Assembly (NCBI GenBank): GCA_000004695.1
Contig: CM000155.2
Coordinates: 3,264,001 to 3,328,000, forward strand
From: Dictyostelium discoideum
Taxonomy: Eukaryota
Length of the DNA stretch: 64,000 bases
Direction of reading: 5' to 3'
Part shown: positions 39,214 to 51,639 of the stretch, piece by piece
Layout of the letters: every line of letters starts with the position of its first letter
Position numbering within the stretch: position 1 is the first letter of the stretch
Translations under genes and position numbers: made by a program
Notes under the pieces: model-generated
Databases searched by the model: none
The model's input: the letters and a program-made list of their open reading frames with translations, nothing else
What the model was told of the DNA's origin: nothing

Positions 39214-41688
39214 AATTATTATTATTACTATTATCATTATTATTATTATTATCATTATTACTATTACTATTATTATTATTATCATTATTATTTAAAATTA
39301 CTTCACCTAAATGTTGATTTAAATAAAAATTTTTATCATAAGTATCTTTTCTTCGATAGAAAAGTACATAGGCGGCATCAGATTCGATAGAGTTTATATT
39401 TGCTTCAGAGGCATGAGAATCATCAAATTTGAACCAAGTATCCTCTGGTTCATTTAAAGCAAAGGCAGTGTAATGACCACCACCTAATGAACCATAATGA
39501 TTTGAAACTGCAAACAAATCGTAGATTGGTGCTGGTTGATCTTTATTTAATACATATTGAGAGAGATCGAGATCTTTGAATGGGAATTTGACAAGAGTAT
39601 CAAGTTTATCACGGTGAGATCTCTTGTAGCTAAATCTTTTCAAATGAACAACGAGAATTGGTGGAGAGGACCAAATATCAAACTTTTTGGTAGCTCTTTG
39701 ATGTTCTTTACACTTGCTACAATACCAAGGATCTTCTGGTCCCAATTGTTCTTCAGTGGTGAATAATTTGATACATTGTTCCAAGTTGACTTCACGTTGC
39801 ATTGGAATATCACGACAACCACCACTTCTGTTTAAATCATTTGAAATGGTTTCATAGTCAAAGTATTGTGATGGATCTTCCCATGCCAATGTGATTTCAC
39901 GGGTTCTTAATGGGAATGTCAATGGTTTGATCTCTCGGTTTGAACTATCAACCATTTGGAAAATGAATCTTGGATCCTTTGGAATTCTATTATAATCACC
40001 ACTATAACTACCACTGTAACCACCACCACCACTATATCCTCCATATCCAGAACTATAACCATTGCTACTGTATGATGAAGAGTTTGTACGTTGTTGAGTG
40101 AAATTATTGATCACAACGTTACCTGCATTAAAAGTATTACTACCACTACTACTTGTACCATTATCATCATCATCGCCAGCTGATTCACTTGCACTACCAA
40201 TATTATTATTATTTGAAGAATCATTATTGTTACTATTATTATTATTATTATTTTGTTCTGATGGTTCCTCATCCTCTTGTTGTTGTGATGATTGATTACT
40301 ATCGAAAATTTCTGAAACTGTATCCATATCTTTAATGAAATCAAATAATCTATTAAGAATTAATTTATAAAGTTCTTCTTGTGATTTAATTGTTGGTGGT
40401 ACTGAAAGAATGAAAGGAATACGCATTAAACTAAAGTTTGATTGTTTTGAAGTCACCATAACTTGAGTAAAGGTTGGATCAGAATCAATTTCATAAACAA
40501 CTATAGTATCACGTGTAAAGTTTTTATCACCCAATTTATCATCATGTTCATAAATCTTCAAGGAGTACATAATGACAGTGAAAACCATATTGTTATGAGA
40601 GACACCAACTTCCTCGGAAAGTTTCTTTAAGAGGTCGCCAACTGTGGCATTTGAAGAGACGCTTATTTCGTGTTGAGTGATTTTGAAATCTTTATTCAAG
40701 AAACTAAAGTTAAATTGTTTGATGGTCTCTGATGGCAATGGAAGTGATAAATACATGAATGGATCAAAGGTGATTGAAATATTTTGGCAAACTGGACAAA
40801 CCAATTTTGATTTCAATTGAGATTGGAACCAATCGACAATGACACTATTGTTTCTTGATTTATGCATTTCCCATTGTTCTTTGGCAATTACATCATCTGG
40901 ACGACCATCATAATCTTTACCCTCGTGGAATGGTTTCTTTTTGACCTTGTTTAAATCTTCATGTAAACCATCCAAAAGGAATGCCAAGAGTTCTTGTGAA
41001 TCATGTTGATGATAGCCAGCAAATTGTGGTGCAAATCTTTCAATTTGACCCTTAAATTTACGTGGATAGACAGAGCTGTAAGTGCCCTCCCAAATTTCAG
41101 TGATTAATTCGGCATAATCAGTGGCTAAATCGCCATGACATCCCAAAGGATTGGTTTTGTTGATGTCATTTTCATATTGTTTCGATAAAAAGTATTTGGT
41201 TAATGGATAGGTGTTACTAAGACATTGTAAAGCTGAATTCATAAAACATGTATTTCCTAAATTTCCAAGTCCAGTTATACCTGGTCTTGGATCACCACAT
41301 CTTGTATTACCACTTGAATATCTATCTGATTGTTGTTGTGGCCATTTACCATTTGCTAATTTTTCTTCTAATAAAATCTATTAAAAAAAAAAAAATAAAT
41401 AAAAAAAAAATAAAAAATAAAAAAAATTTTTAGGAAAGAATTTAGAAAATTATAATTTTTTTTTTTTTTTGAAATAAAAATAATAATAATAAAACCTACT
41501 AATTGGTCTTCAAGTAAACGAGAATTTGATACATATTCTAAATCTTTTAATTCTGCATGTTTAGTTTGATTATAAAAATCCCAAATTCTAATATTAATTG
41601 GATCCAAGTTAAATACTTTACATGCTCTCTAAAAAATAAAAAAAATAAAAAATTTATTAGTATTCATTTTTAAAATTTATGGTTGATT

Positions 41689-41731
<43 letters not shown>

Positions 41732-42321
41732 ACTTCTTTCATAACTTTAATAGTTTCATTTTTAAATGCAAAGCCTTGAACAATATTACTAGTATCAGAA
41801 GATTTAAAGAATTTTAAAGAGATTGGAATACGAAGATCAATATTATTATTGATTGTACCTCTAATGACTTTTCTAATAATTTCTGGACCACCACCATAGA
41901 CTTCCTTTAATTTGATCCAAGTTTTTTCTGGAACCAATGTAAAGCTGGTTGTTTCGCTAATGCCTGGTCTTAATTCACCATTTTGTAAAATATCATCATT
42001 GGTTATTGGTCCTAATTCCTCTCTACTGTTTATTTCTTCTGACCATTTACTATACCATTTGTTACTAATTATTGCCCATTTTTCGCCAACTACTAAAGAA
42101 GTTTGTTTAATTTCTTTTTTCAATTTTTGAATATCTTCTCTGGTGAGATCTGGTATTTGTTGTTGTTGTTCTGCTTCTTCAATTGGTTTCATCTCTTGTT
42201 CATTATTATTATCATTATTGTTGTTTTTTTCTTTTTCTCCACCATTTGTATTTTCTATATTATCTGTTGTAGAATTTATATCTTCAAATGTTTGATCTTG
42301 TGCTGAATTTGTATTATCCAT
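39029..42321 (-). CDS. Ubiquitin carboxyl-terminal hydrolase of the USP4/11/15 type (DUSP + UBL + USP catalytic); 3 exons complement(join(41734..42321,41500..41628,39029..41377)), 1021 aa
   Basis: Exon 1 (ATG 42321; the track 'M' at 42336 is a TTG) encodes the DUSP domain (KQTSLVVGEKWAIISNKWYSKWSEE...). Exon 2 encodes RACKVFNLDPINIRIWDFYNQ... (UBL, cf. USP15 IRKIFSIPDEKETRLWNKYM). Exon 3 begins ILLEEKLANGKWPQ and carries the Cys box GLGNLGNTCFMNSALQCL and the His box near the C-terminus. Donors are GTAAGT (41733) and GTAGGT (41499). Acceptors are TTTTTTAG (41629) and TTAATAG (41378). Exon lengths sum to 3066 nt. Confidence 0.8.
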
Positions 42322-42538
42322 TACTTCTTCGTCCAATTCAAAACTATTTATTGAATCGCTTTCTTTTAAATTTTAATTAAAAAATTGAAATTAAAAATAA
42401 AGAATGTCACAAATAATGTTGAAGGTTTTTTTTTAATTAATTGAAAAAAAAAAAAAAAAAAGTTGAATTTTTTTTTTTAAAAAATTAAAAAATAAAAAAA
42501 AAATAAAAAAAAAATTAAAATAAATTTAAATTTAAATT

Positions 42539-42602
<64 letters not shown>

Positions 42603-43774
42603 AAAATGGGGGGGTTTTTTAAATTAATTAGAAAAAAAAAACAGGTAAATCGAAATTAAAAAGTAAATTAAGTTTTTTTTTTTACATACCAGAAAAACTC
42701 GAAATTGTATTACTTGAAATTACTTCAAATGAATTTGTTGAGGGAGATCTTTGTTGTTGTTGTGTTTGTTGTTGTGTTTGTTGTTGTTGTTGTTGTTGTT
42801 GTGTTTGTTGTTCAGCACCAATACTTGGACCTTCAGTCATATCTTTAAAGGTTGTTTTTATTTTCTTTGAGTGTTGGTGTTGCAATAAAGGTGGTTCGTT
42901 TATTTGTTTTATTTTTACAAATTTTATAAATTAAAAAAAATAAAAAAAAATAAAAAAAAAAAGTTAGTTGTTCACCTTTTTTTCTTTTTTTTTTTTTTTT
43001 TCTATTTTTTTTATTATTATTATTTTTTTTTTAAAAAAAGTTATTTATTCTTTTTTTTTTTTTTTTTTTTTTTTTCTTTACCCAAAAATCTTATTGAAAA
43101 AAGGTAAATAAATAAATAAATAAATAAAACTTGATTATTGTTATGTAAAAGTTGAATGTGTCTCCTTAAATAAAAAAATAAAAATAAAAATTTTTTTTAA
43201 TTTTTAATTTTTAAAAAAACAAAAAAAAAAATAAAAAATAAAAAAAAAAATAAAAATTTAGGGTGGTGTGTGTCGAAAAAGTTAATAAAAAGACAAAAAA
43301 GATATAGAAAATCAAAAAATAAATAATGGTGAGTGTGTGTGTAAAAAAAATAAAAAAAAAAAAATTTTTAAAAAAAAAATATAATAATAAAAAAAAATAT
43401 GTAAAAAAAAAAAAATAAAAAAAAAAATAAAAAAAACCCAAAAAAATTTAATATTTTTTTTTCTTTGAAAATTTGAATTTGATTGGGATTATTCGAAGTT
43501 AATTTTCTAATTTTAAAAATTGAATATATGTGTTCATTTTTTTTTTATTTTTTTTTTATTAATATAATTTATATATATATATATTATAAATTATTTTATA
43601 ATAATAAATAAAGAATAAAAATATAAAAATAAAAAAAAAAAAAAATAGAATAAAAATAAAAATAAAAATAAAAAAAAAAAAAAAAATTTTTACTTTTTAA
43701 TTTTTTATTTTTTCAAACCAAAGCAACAATCATATATATAAATATTTATATGTATATGTTTATACATTGTGGCA

Positions 43775-43795
43775 ATGGATAATAACAATAATAAT

Positions 43796-43888
<93 letters not shown>

Positions 43889-45217
43889 TATAGCAATGAA
43901 ATTGATGAATTTGGAGAACAAATTCAGACACCACCAAATGTTCACACAAAACAAGAGATTTTAGAAAAGATGGTTGAAGATTTAGACCAATATATGGTTG
44001 ATGAAAACTTTGATAATGGAGATGAAGAATATGATGAATATAATAATAAAATCGATTTACCTCATAAAAATAATGCAAGAGATTTTACAACTCCACAATA
44101 TATTATTGATGATGATTTAGATTTTAAACATTATTCACATATTAAAAAGCCAGATGGTTCAAATTATAATAATATTGAAGAAATTTTAAATTATTTAATA
44201 AATGAAAAAAAAGTATTAGAAATTAGCAATAAAACTATTGATAACAATAATAATAATAATAATAATAATAATGAATATCATAGACCAAGAATTAATCAAT
44301 CAGAATTTGGTCAACATTTAGAGAATGAATTAAAATCATTACCTTCAGCAGTAATAAATACATGTAGGTTGCTATTAAATAATTTATATAAAATTTTTTT
44401 TTTTTTTTTAAAAAAAAAAAAACTAAAATTTATATGTATAAATAATTTAATTTAGATTTTGAACAATCAAGTGGATTAGTTGAATTACATAAATATATTA
44501 AAGAGAGTAGAGATACATTAAATGGATTTTCAAAATCATTTGATTCAATTATATTAGAGTTATCAAATTTAATTAAAGATATGCCAGATAATCATGTTGC
44601 ATCACTTCAAATTTCAAAATCACTAGAGAATAGAATTTTAGCTAGAGCTGAACTTTGTAATATAGTTGAAACTGTAACAATTCCACCAGATTTAATAAAG
44701 CAAATATTTTGATTATTATTATTATTATTATTAATAGGTATATACAAAGAATAATTTCTAATACTTTTTTTTTTTTTTTTTTTTTTTAAAATTAGAAAAT
44801 TAACATCAGATGATTTAAATGAAGAATATATAAAATGTATAAAAGAATTGGAGGATAGAATTAAAAGTTTAGATCCATGGATGATGAAAAAAGAAGCAAA
44901 ATTTATAGAGGATATAGCATATGAAATTGATTTATTAAAAAAGAAAGCAAGTAAATCAGTTAGAGATTATCTATTAAAACTTATAATTGGTTTAAGAAAA
45001 CCAAGAACCAATATTCAAATCTTACAACAATCTAAATTATTTAAATATTCACCATTGAATGAATTTATTTATCATAATTCACCTTCTTCTGCAATTGAAG
45101 TTAAAAATTCTTATATTGAAACTTTATCAAGAACTTTTACAATGTATTTTAAAAATTATTTAACAAATTTAACAAAAGTTTTTGTAAGTTTAAATTTATA
45201 AAAATAAATTATAATTA

Positions 45218-45267
<50 letters not shown>

Positions 45268-46766
45268 TATTAAATTTTTTTGTTAATTAGAATCAAATTG
45301 CATTAAAATCAGATGTAATTGGATATATTGAACAAGTTAAAGGATATTTTGGTACAGTTAATAAAGGATTTGAATTAAATAAAGCATCAGCATTTAATTT
45401 ATATATTTCAGGATTACCAATTGATATTTGGACTAGTATTAGAAGTGAAACTATTGAACAAATTCCAGAAAGATTTAGTAGAGCTGATATATTGACAAGA
45501 TGTTTAGATGCACCATTGATTATACCACATGCAGCAATTAAGAATGGTAAAAAGTATCCATTTGAACAAATTTTTAGATCAATGAATATTTTATTGTTGG
45601 ATACTATTTGTTCAGAATATTTATTCGATAGACAATGGTTTGCAAAACCATTATTGGCAAATTCACCAGATGCATTAATACCCTCGATTTTCAATAATAT
45701 CTTTCAACTTTACTATGACAATATCTTTTCATTCGTTGGTGGTACCTATGATTGTTTATCATTGTTGTTATGTTTACAAATCAATAGCATCTTGGTTCAA
45801 TTGTTAATTGATAGGAAATTATGGGATCGTATATCATGTTTAAAAACTTATTTTCAAAAATTGGATGTTATAATTTGGGATAGATTTAGTGAAGTCTTTA
45901 AAAGGAATATCGATAGTTTAAACTTGGCAATTAAAATGGATACACCTCCAACCGATTTTAGACCTCATATTTATACTCGTAGATTTTCAGAATTTTATTC
46001 AAGTATTGCAGAAATCTTATCACATAATGAAGAACCAAGAGTTTTAGCTTGGGTAGCTGTATTACGTTCGTCAATGGAAAGATTATTATTACATTTTTCA
46101 AATTCTTTTACTGATATAAAATCAAAATCAATATTTTTAATTACAAATTATGATGTTGTAATTACTGTTTTTTCTGTAAGTGTTTTTTTTTTTTTTTTTT
46201 TTTTAAAAATTATATATCTTTTTTTTATTTTTTTTTTTTATTTATTAATAATTAATTTTTTTATTTTTTTATTTTTTTATTTTTTTTTTTTTCCAAAGGA
46301 AAATAATATAAATCAAAATGAAGAAGGTTATTTAAAATTTTTAAATTTATTACATGAACAAATTGATATATTTGTAGAATTATTATTATTTAGTTATTAT
46401 AAAAGTTTAATTACTTTTATAAAGGATACAGAATTTAGTTGTTCAAATGTTTCAAATTATCAAATAGATAAGAATCAATTATCAATGTTAATTGGTGAAT
46501 TCTCACAAAAATGGAAAGATATATTATCAAAAATTCAAACAGAAATTATGACAAATTTTTCAAACTTTAATTTAGGTTCAAGTATTACAAAGAAAATTAT
46601 CACTCAATATTTATTATACTATAAAAGATTTGAAGAAATTTATAAAAAATTCATTAAACAATCATCAACCACTGATGGAAATAATAATCAATTAAGATTA
46701 GCTTTTATACCAGTTTCAACTATTACTTATGAAATTTCAAAAAGTTATAGTTCTTTTAATCCTTAA
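43775..46766 (+). CDS. vps52: GARP complex subunit Vps52-like protein; 5 exons join(43775..44363,44456..44699,44796..45183,45291..46175,46299..46766), 857 aa
   Basis: ATG at 43775 (the track start 43769 is a GTG). Exon 1 opens with a 35-Asn run. Intron 1 is GTAGGT...TTTAG, phase 1. Intron 2 has no GT donor compatible with the frame; the only clean solution is a GC-AG intron (GCAAAT at 44700 to AATTAG at 44795), giving ...TIPPDLIK|KLTSDDLNEEYIK. Intron 3 is GTAAGT...AATTAG. Intron 4 is GTAAGT...CCAAAG. Exon lengths sum to 2574 nt. The Vps52 assignment rests on C-terminal similarity and is moderately confident. Confidence 0.6.
43800..43887. repeat. (AAT)n microsatellite (~29 units) encoding the poly-Asn tract at the vps52 N-terminus
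   Basis: Read directly from the sequence. Confidence 0.9.
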
Positions 46767-46893
46767 AATAAACCAATAAAAAAAAAAAAAATAAAAAAAA
46801 AATAAATAAAAAAAATAAAAAAAATAAAAAAAATCAATGCATAATACAAATATATGTTTTGTAAAATTTTATAGTATTTAAATATACTATTTT

Positions 46894-48411
46894 TTAATTT
46901 TTAATTTTAAAAATTTTATTATAAAAATAATCAGCAGTAAAATTATTTAATAAATTAACATTACCAAAATGAATTATTAATTTATCTAATGATTTTGGTA
47001 AATTAATTTGATATAACTGATGAGAATATTTTGAATTTTTAATTTCTAATATTTTTAAAGAATTTGGAAGTACATCTTTACCAATTGGTTTATCAAATGT
47101 AATACCTAATTGTAATGATGTCAAAGTCGGTGGTAAATCAGCAGGTTTAATATACTGATTGAAATTATCCAATACCAATGATTCCAATGAGGTACAATCC
47201 AATGAATCCTTAATAATTGATAAATTATCATTAAAACCACCCAAATTTAAATGTTTTAATGATTTTGGTAATGTATTTATTGGAATCACATTTTTAAATT
47301 GTTTACCAAATTCTAAAGATACCAAATTCGTATGCAAGAATAAAGCAGACATCGAGGAAGTGGAAAGCGGTGGATTGAAATTATCACCAAATTTGAGGCA
47401 AGTCAATGACGAGGGTAGCATTGCGGCGGTCAAACTTTGGTTAAACTCCAATCCAAATTCTAAATTGGTTAAATTTGGTGGTAGTACACATAGCTGGAAA
47501 TCACCATTCAAAGGTTGATTAAACTTGCTTCCAAATTTAATGGAGCCAAGCGAGGCTGGTAAAGAGCCTGCTTTAATTTCACGATTAAAAATTTGATTAA
47601 ATTCAATTGTTTCAACATTGTGTGGTATGTAACCCTCTTTAATAATGGCATTAAATGTTGGACTAAAGCTTAAATTTATCGTTGAGATTGGTATTGGGAT
47701 ATTTAAATTCAAGCTTGCAATATAGTTCAAATCTTTCACTTTACTTGGAATTGAGCCTGGCACTATAACACCCTTATATTGGCTACTTAGATGTAAATTC
47801 TCCAATGTTTCAGGTAAAATATTTTTATTTATAGTTTGTTGAAATGAAATTCCAAATTTTAAAAATTTAATTTTACTTGGTAACCAACCACCATCTAATG
47901 ATTGATTAAATAATTCACCAAATTCTAAACTTGTGACTGAATCTAATAATTTAACATTATCCATAACTTCATTAAATTTATCATTGAAAATAATAGATTT
48001 AATTGAATATGGGAATATACTATTACTTTCTTGTTCTTTATCGTTATTTACTACTAGTAATTCTGATAATTTCATTGATGTTGGTGTTGGCGTTGGTGTT
48101 GGCGTTGGTGATGTTGGTGATGTTGGCGGTGTAGTGGTGGTGCCACTTTTATTTAATTCTTTTACAATTACATTATTTAGTTTTAAATCTGAATCTTCTT
48201 CATAATTTACAAATATTAAATTTTCAATATAACTTTTGTATTTATATGTTGAATATTGATCTATTGTCATTTTCATTGTGGTGTGAACATTAAATAATCT
48301 TGTGTGAAATAATATTTTATTTAAAATTATTTCATTCCTCCAACAATTAAAAAATAATTCACAATTACTATTACTTGTTGATGATGATGATGATGTTGTT
48401 GTTTTAATCAT
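46894..48411 (-). CDS. FNIP-repeat-containing protein, 505 aa
   Basis: ATG at 48411. It has multiple ~22-residue repeats with the F[NG]Q[SP]L...LP..L..L.FG consensus (EFGELFNQSLDGGWLPSKIKFLKFG, EFGLEFNQSLTAAMLPSSLTCLKFGDNFN...), typical of the Dictyostelium FNIP repeat family. Confidence 0.7.
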   Translation of the reverse strand: MIKTTTSSSSSTSNSNCELFFNCWRNEIILNKILFHTRLFNVHTTMKMTIDQYSTYKYKSYIENLIFVNYEEDSDLKLNNVIVKELNKSGTTTTPPTSPTSPTPTPTPTPTSMKLSELLVVNNDKEQESNSIFPYSIKSIIFNDKFNEVMDNVKLLDSVTSLEFGELFNQSLDGGWLPSKIKFLKFGISFQQTINKNILPETLENLHLSSQYKGVIVPGSIPSKVKDLNYIASLNLNIPIPISTINLSFSPTFNAIIKEGYIPHNVETIEFNQIFNREIKAGSLPASLGSIKFGSKFNQPLNGDFQLCVLPPNLTNLEFGLEFNQSLTAAMLPSSLTCLKFGDNFNPPLSTSSMSALFLHTNLVSLEFGKQFKNVIPINTLPKSLKHLNLGGFNDNLSIIKDSLDCTSLESLVLDNFNQYIKPADLPPTLTSLQLGITFDKPIGKDVLPNSLKILEIKNSKYSHQLYQINLPKSLDKLIIHFGNVNLLNNFTADYFYNKIFKIKN

Positions 48412-48698
48412 TTTGTAATATTAATTATTATTATTTATAAAATGAAGTTATCAAATTTGATTTTTGAAACATAAAAAAAAAAAAAATTTTTTTTTGTTTT
48501 TTTAGAAAAAAAATTTTTAAAAAAAAAATCTTTACTTGAATCAATTTCCAAGACATCCAATTTTTTTTTTAGAGTTTCCTTGTTACTATTTTTTAAAAAA
48601 AAATTTCAAAATTTGTTAGAATCTCTTTTTTGTTACAAAAAAAAATTAAAATTTATTATTACATATTTATTCATTTATTTTCATCAAAAAAATTGTGT

Positions 48699-48789
48699 GC
48701 TCTATTAACTCAGTCGGTAGAGTGAAGTACTTATATATCAGTATGATAAAGCAATGCTTTGGTCGCGAGTTCGATCCTCGCATGGAGCA
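48699..48789 (+). tRNA. tRNA-Ile (anticodon UAU) with an 18-nt intron, 91 nt; identical inverted copy of 35859..35949
   Basis: Same sequence and structure as the minus-strand copy. Confidence 0.65.
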
Positions 48790-48818
48790 ACTTTTTAAGG
48801 CATTCTTACATGGATCAA

Positions 48819-48831
48819 GTGTTCGATTCCC
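48819..48831 (+). promoter_or_regulatory. Ex-B box (AGTGTTCGATTCC) ~30 bp downstream of the plus-strand tRNA-Ile
   Basis: B-box-like GTTCGATTCC with no tRNA structure around it. Confidence 0.45.
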
Positions 48832-49513
48832 TATTAAAATACGAATTGAAATTATATTAAAATGGAAGATTTCAATCCCACAACCCTCAACTCACCAAAA
48901 CTGTCTCGATTTATTAATTATTCATTTATATCAAATAATAATAATGATAAAATTATTTTTTACAAATATGCTATTTCTGAACCATCATATTTTAGAAGAA
49001 TTACATTTAGAGAAACACCAATCGATATCGATTTGAAATTCCCACTAAACCCGTTTCAAGGCATATTTTTTAAAAATCCTTCAATTCATCATTAAAATGA
49101 TTATTTTAATGTAACTGATCATTAATTTACCACTGGTGATAATGTTGTTGTTTGTAGAACCTTTATACATACCCTATCGCCAAGGGAGACTATATTACTT
49201 ACAATGATCATATATCAAATACCTTTTATATTAAAACTGGTTTTCATCTTTCAGATCTTTTTATGGAAATTGTGGATCTTAAAAAGTTATCATGAAATGC
49301 TTATAAAATTACAAAAGTTTGAAGCATATAAAAAATCATTTTATTTTTGTGAAAGTTCAAAAACATCAAAATCATACTCAATTTATAAATATGATTTAAC
49401 AAATTTTGAATCATCTCCATACTTTCAATTGACATTAAAAACTTTTCATACAAATTAGTAACAACTATTCAACATGAAATTACATATACAATTCCATGTC
49501 AAGAATATTATAT

Positions 49514-49561
49514 TTTTTTTAAAATAATAATAATAATAATTATAATAATAATAATAATAAT

Positions 49562-49642
<81 letters not shown>

Positions 49643-49660
49643 TATAAAAATAAAAATAAT
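49514..49660. repeat. Imperfect (TAA/ATA)n microsatellite followed by an A-run
   Basis: Read directly from the sequence. Confidence 0.85.
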
Positions 49661-49681
49661 AATAAATATTTTCAAACCAAA

Positions 49682-49720
<39 letters not shown>

Positions 49721-49980
49721 AATCAGGATTTACGGTCAACTTTAAAGAGATAACAAGGTTCAAGATGAAAAATTAGGCTACTATATTATTCTAAACTCTA
49801 ATTAAAACAAAAATAAAAAAAAAAAAAAACCAATAAATTTATAAAGATCTGGGTAAACTTTGAATTTTAATTAATTTATAGTTTTTAATAAAAATAGAAA
49901 ATTTTATAAATAATCAATTTCACTTTCAATTTTTATTTTTTTATTTTTTATTTTATATTTATTTATTTTTAGTTTGCCAA

Positions 49981-50364
49981 TTAGCATGAATTGAATTGGA
50001 AGAAATATGTTCCACCTTGGAAGGTTCCTGATTTGGCATAGGTAGCAATAAACATGTATTGGTTGTAAATAATACCTTTTACACCAGTGAAACCTGAAAA
50101 GCCATATGGTGGATTAACATTATAAAGGTAACCATTAGCAGTGAATGAGGAATCTGAATTAACAGTGATGTTAGCAATAACATTTCTTCCAGAACCATTG
50201 ATAATTTGATAACCAAAATTATTTTGAGAGATGTTAAAGACACCAGCTGGAGTTGGACATGTACCTTCTTGATAACGAAGGTAAGAACCAGTTTGTAATG
50301 CTTGACCTTGAACTAAATTAACAATGAATGCTAAAATTAAAACGTAAAAAATTGATTTGAACAT
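49981..50364 (-). CDS. Small secreted protein (127 aa) with signal peptide MFKSIFYVLILAFIVNLVQG
   Basis: ATG at 50364. The mature part is Gly/Tyr/Asn-rich and ends ...FQFNSC. Confidence 0.5.
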   Translation of the reverse strand: MFKSIFYVLILAFIVNLVQGQALQTGSYLRYQEGTCPTPAGVFNISQNNFGYQIINGSGRNVIANITVNSDSSFTANGYLYNVNPPYGFSGFTGVKGIIYNQYMFIATYAKSGTFQGGTYFFQFNSC

Positions 50365-50675
50365 TTTCTATTATATAGGTTATGTTTTTGAATGAAAATA
50401 ATATAATAATAAAAAAAAAAAAAAAAAAAATACAATGGCTTTATTAAATTTTTTATTTTTTTTTTTTTTTTTTAATTTTTTTTTTTTTTTTCGTGAAAGT
50501 TAAAATATCAAAGTCTGGCCTACGCTCGGAAATAAAAATCAAAATGACGTCATTATTTATTTCAATATTTTTTTTTTTTTTTTTTTTTTTTTTCGTGAAA
50601 GTTATTAAATTTGTTACAAAAGATATTTTTTTATTTATTTTTTTTTTTGCACATATTTTTTTTTTATTTTTATTT

Positions 50676-51035
50676 TTATATACTAACAAAACTTTCTTCA
50701 TCTTCAAAGAGTGATGATTGACATGAAGTGAATGAATAGTAATATGTACCACCATTGTAACCTGATGATGGTGCATAAATAGCTTGGAAACTGAATGGGT
50801 TGTAAATAATACCTTTAATACTTGTATAGCCAGAAAAACTATATGGTGGTTGAACATAAAAGAGGTAACCAGTTGCAGTGAATGCATTATCAGATTCAAT
50901 GGTCATATTTGCAAAGACTGGTCTTTGTGAAGTTTTCATAGCTTGATAACCATATTCATCTTGAGTGATTGTAATGTTTGAAAATAAGTATGGACAACAA
51001 AATTAAAAGAGATAATGATTTGATGAACATTTTAT
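50676..51035 (-). pseudogene. Frameshifted tandem paralog of the 49981..50364 secreted-protein gene
   Basis: A signal-peptide ORF (ATG 51031, MFIKSLSLLILLSILIF) and the homologous mature region (TATGYLFYVQPPYSFSGYTSIKGIIYN...SFTSC, cf. TANGYLYNVNPPYGFSGFTGVKGIIYN...QFNSC) lie in different frames. No intron of viable length can join them. It is either a pseudogene or a sequencing error in a T-run. Confidence 0.45.
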
Positions 51036-51127
51036 TATATGTCTATGTTTATTTTTTGTGTTGTCTAATTTTTTAAGATGTGGGTGGGAAAAATTTTTTC
51101 TAATAAAAATATTTCGAAAATAATTTG

Positions 51128-51155
51128 GGCTTGGAAAAGATATCTTTTCCAAGCC
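51128..51155. repeat. Perfect 28-bp palindrome GGCTTGGAAAAGATATCTTTTCCAAGCC (EcoRV core)
   Basis: The sequence is its own reverse complement. It is embedded in an atypically GC-richer segment at 51070-51600. Confidence 0.9.
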
Positions 51156-51298
51156 AGGTTTATTCGCCACATATCAAAATGCCAAGATTTTTTTTTTTTA
51201 CCTGTGATCAGACCTTCAAGGAATGTCCTTGTGTCTTTTCGGCGGTGTTTGTTAAACGGTTTTATTTTTATTATTCAATTGTATTAAATTTTTTAAAC

Positions 51299-51354
<56 letters not shown>

Positions 51355-51639
51355 ACTACTTAAATTGGAAGAGGGTTCGGAGCTGCTGGGGTTTGCCAGG
51401 CTTTGTTGAATTTGTATTTGTGAAGATCTTGATTGGTGTTTTTTAGTATTGCTTCGTCGTGTTTGATTTTCTTTAGTGTGATGAATTTTTCAGTTTCGAT
51501 GAGATTTAGTAATTCTGTTTCTATGACCTTTTGCTCGAATTTTGGCTCTGGTTTGCTTTCATCAGTGTTGAACAATTTGTGACAGATTATCTTCCATAAT
51601 TTCCTCTATTTCTTCTTTGAAATCCAATAATTTTTGAAG

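Noticed and set aside
43760-44078. Poly-Ile and poly-Tyr ORFs on both strands over the (AAT)n tract
   Set aside because: These are alternative-frame or antisense readings of the microsatellite. The real gene (vps52) reads it as poly-Asn.
45293-45694. 133-aa minus-strand ORF
   Set aside because: It lies entirely antisense within vps52 exon 4, which has strong sense-strand homology.
47159-48205. Plus-strand ORFs of 119 and 90 aa
   Set aside because: They are antisense within the FNIP-repeat gene.
48695-49095. 113-aa and 77-aa plus-strand ORFs
   Set aside because: The first starts inside the tRNA-Ile gene. The region is better explained as tRNA plus ex-B box plus a possible element remnant.
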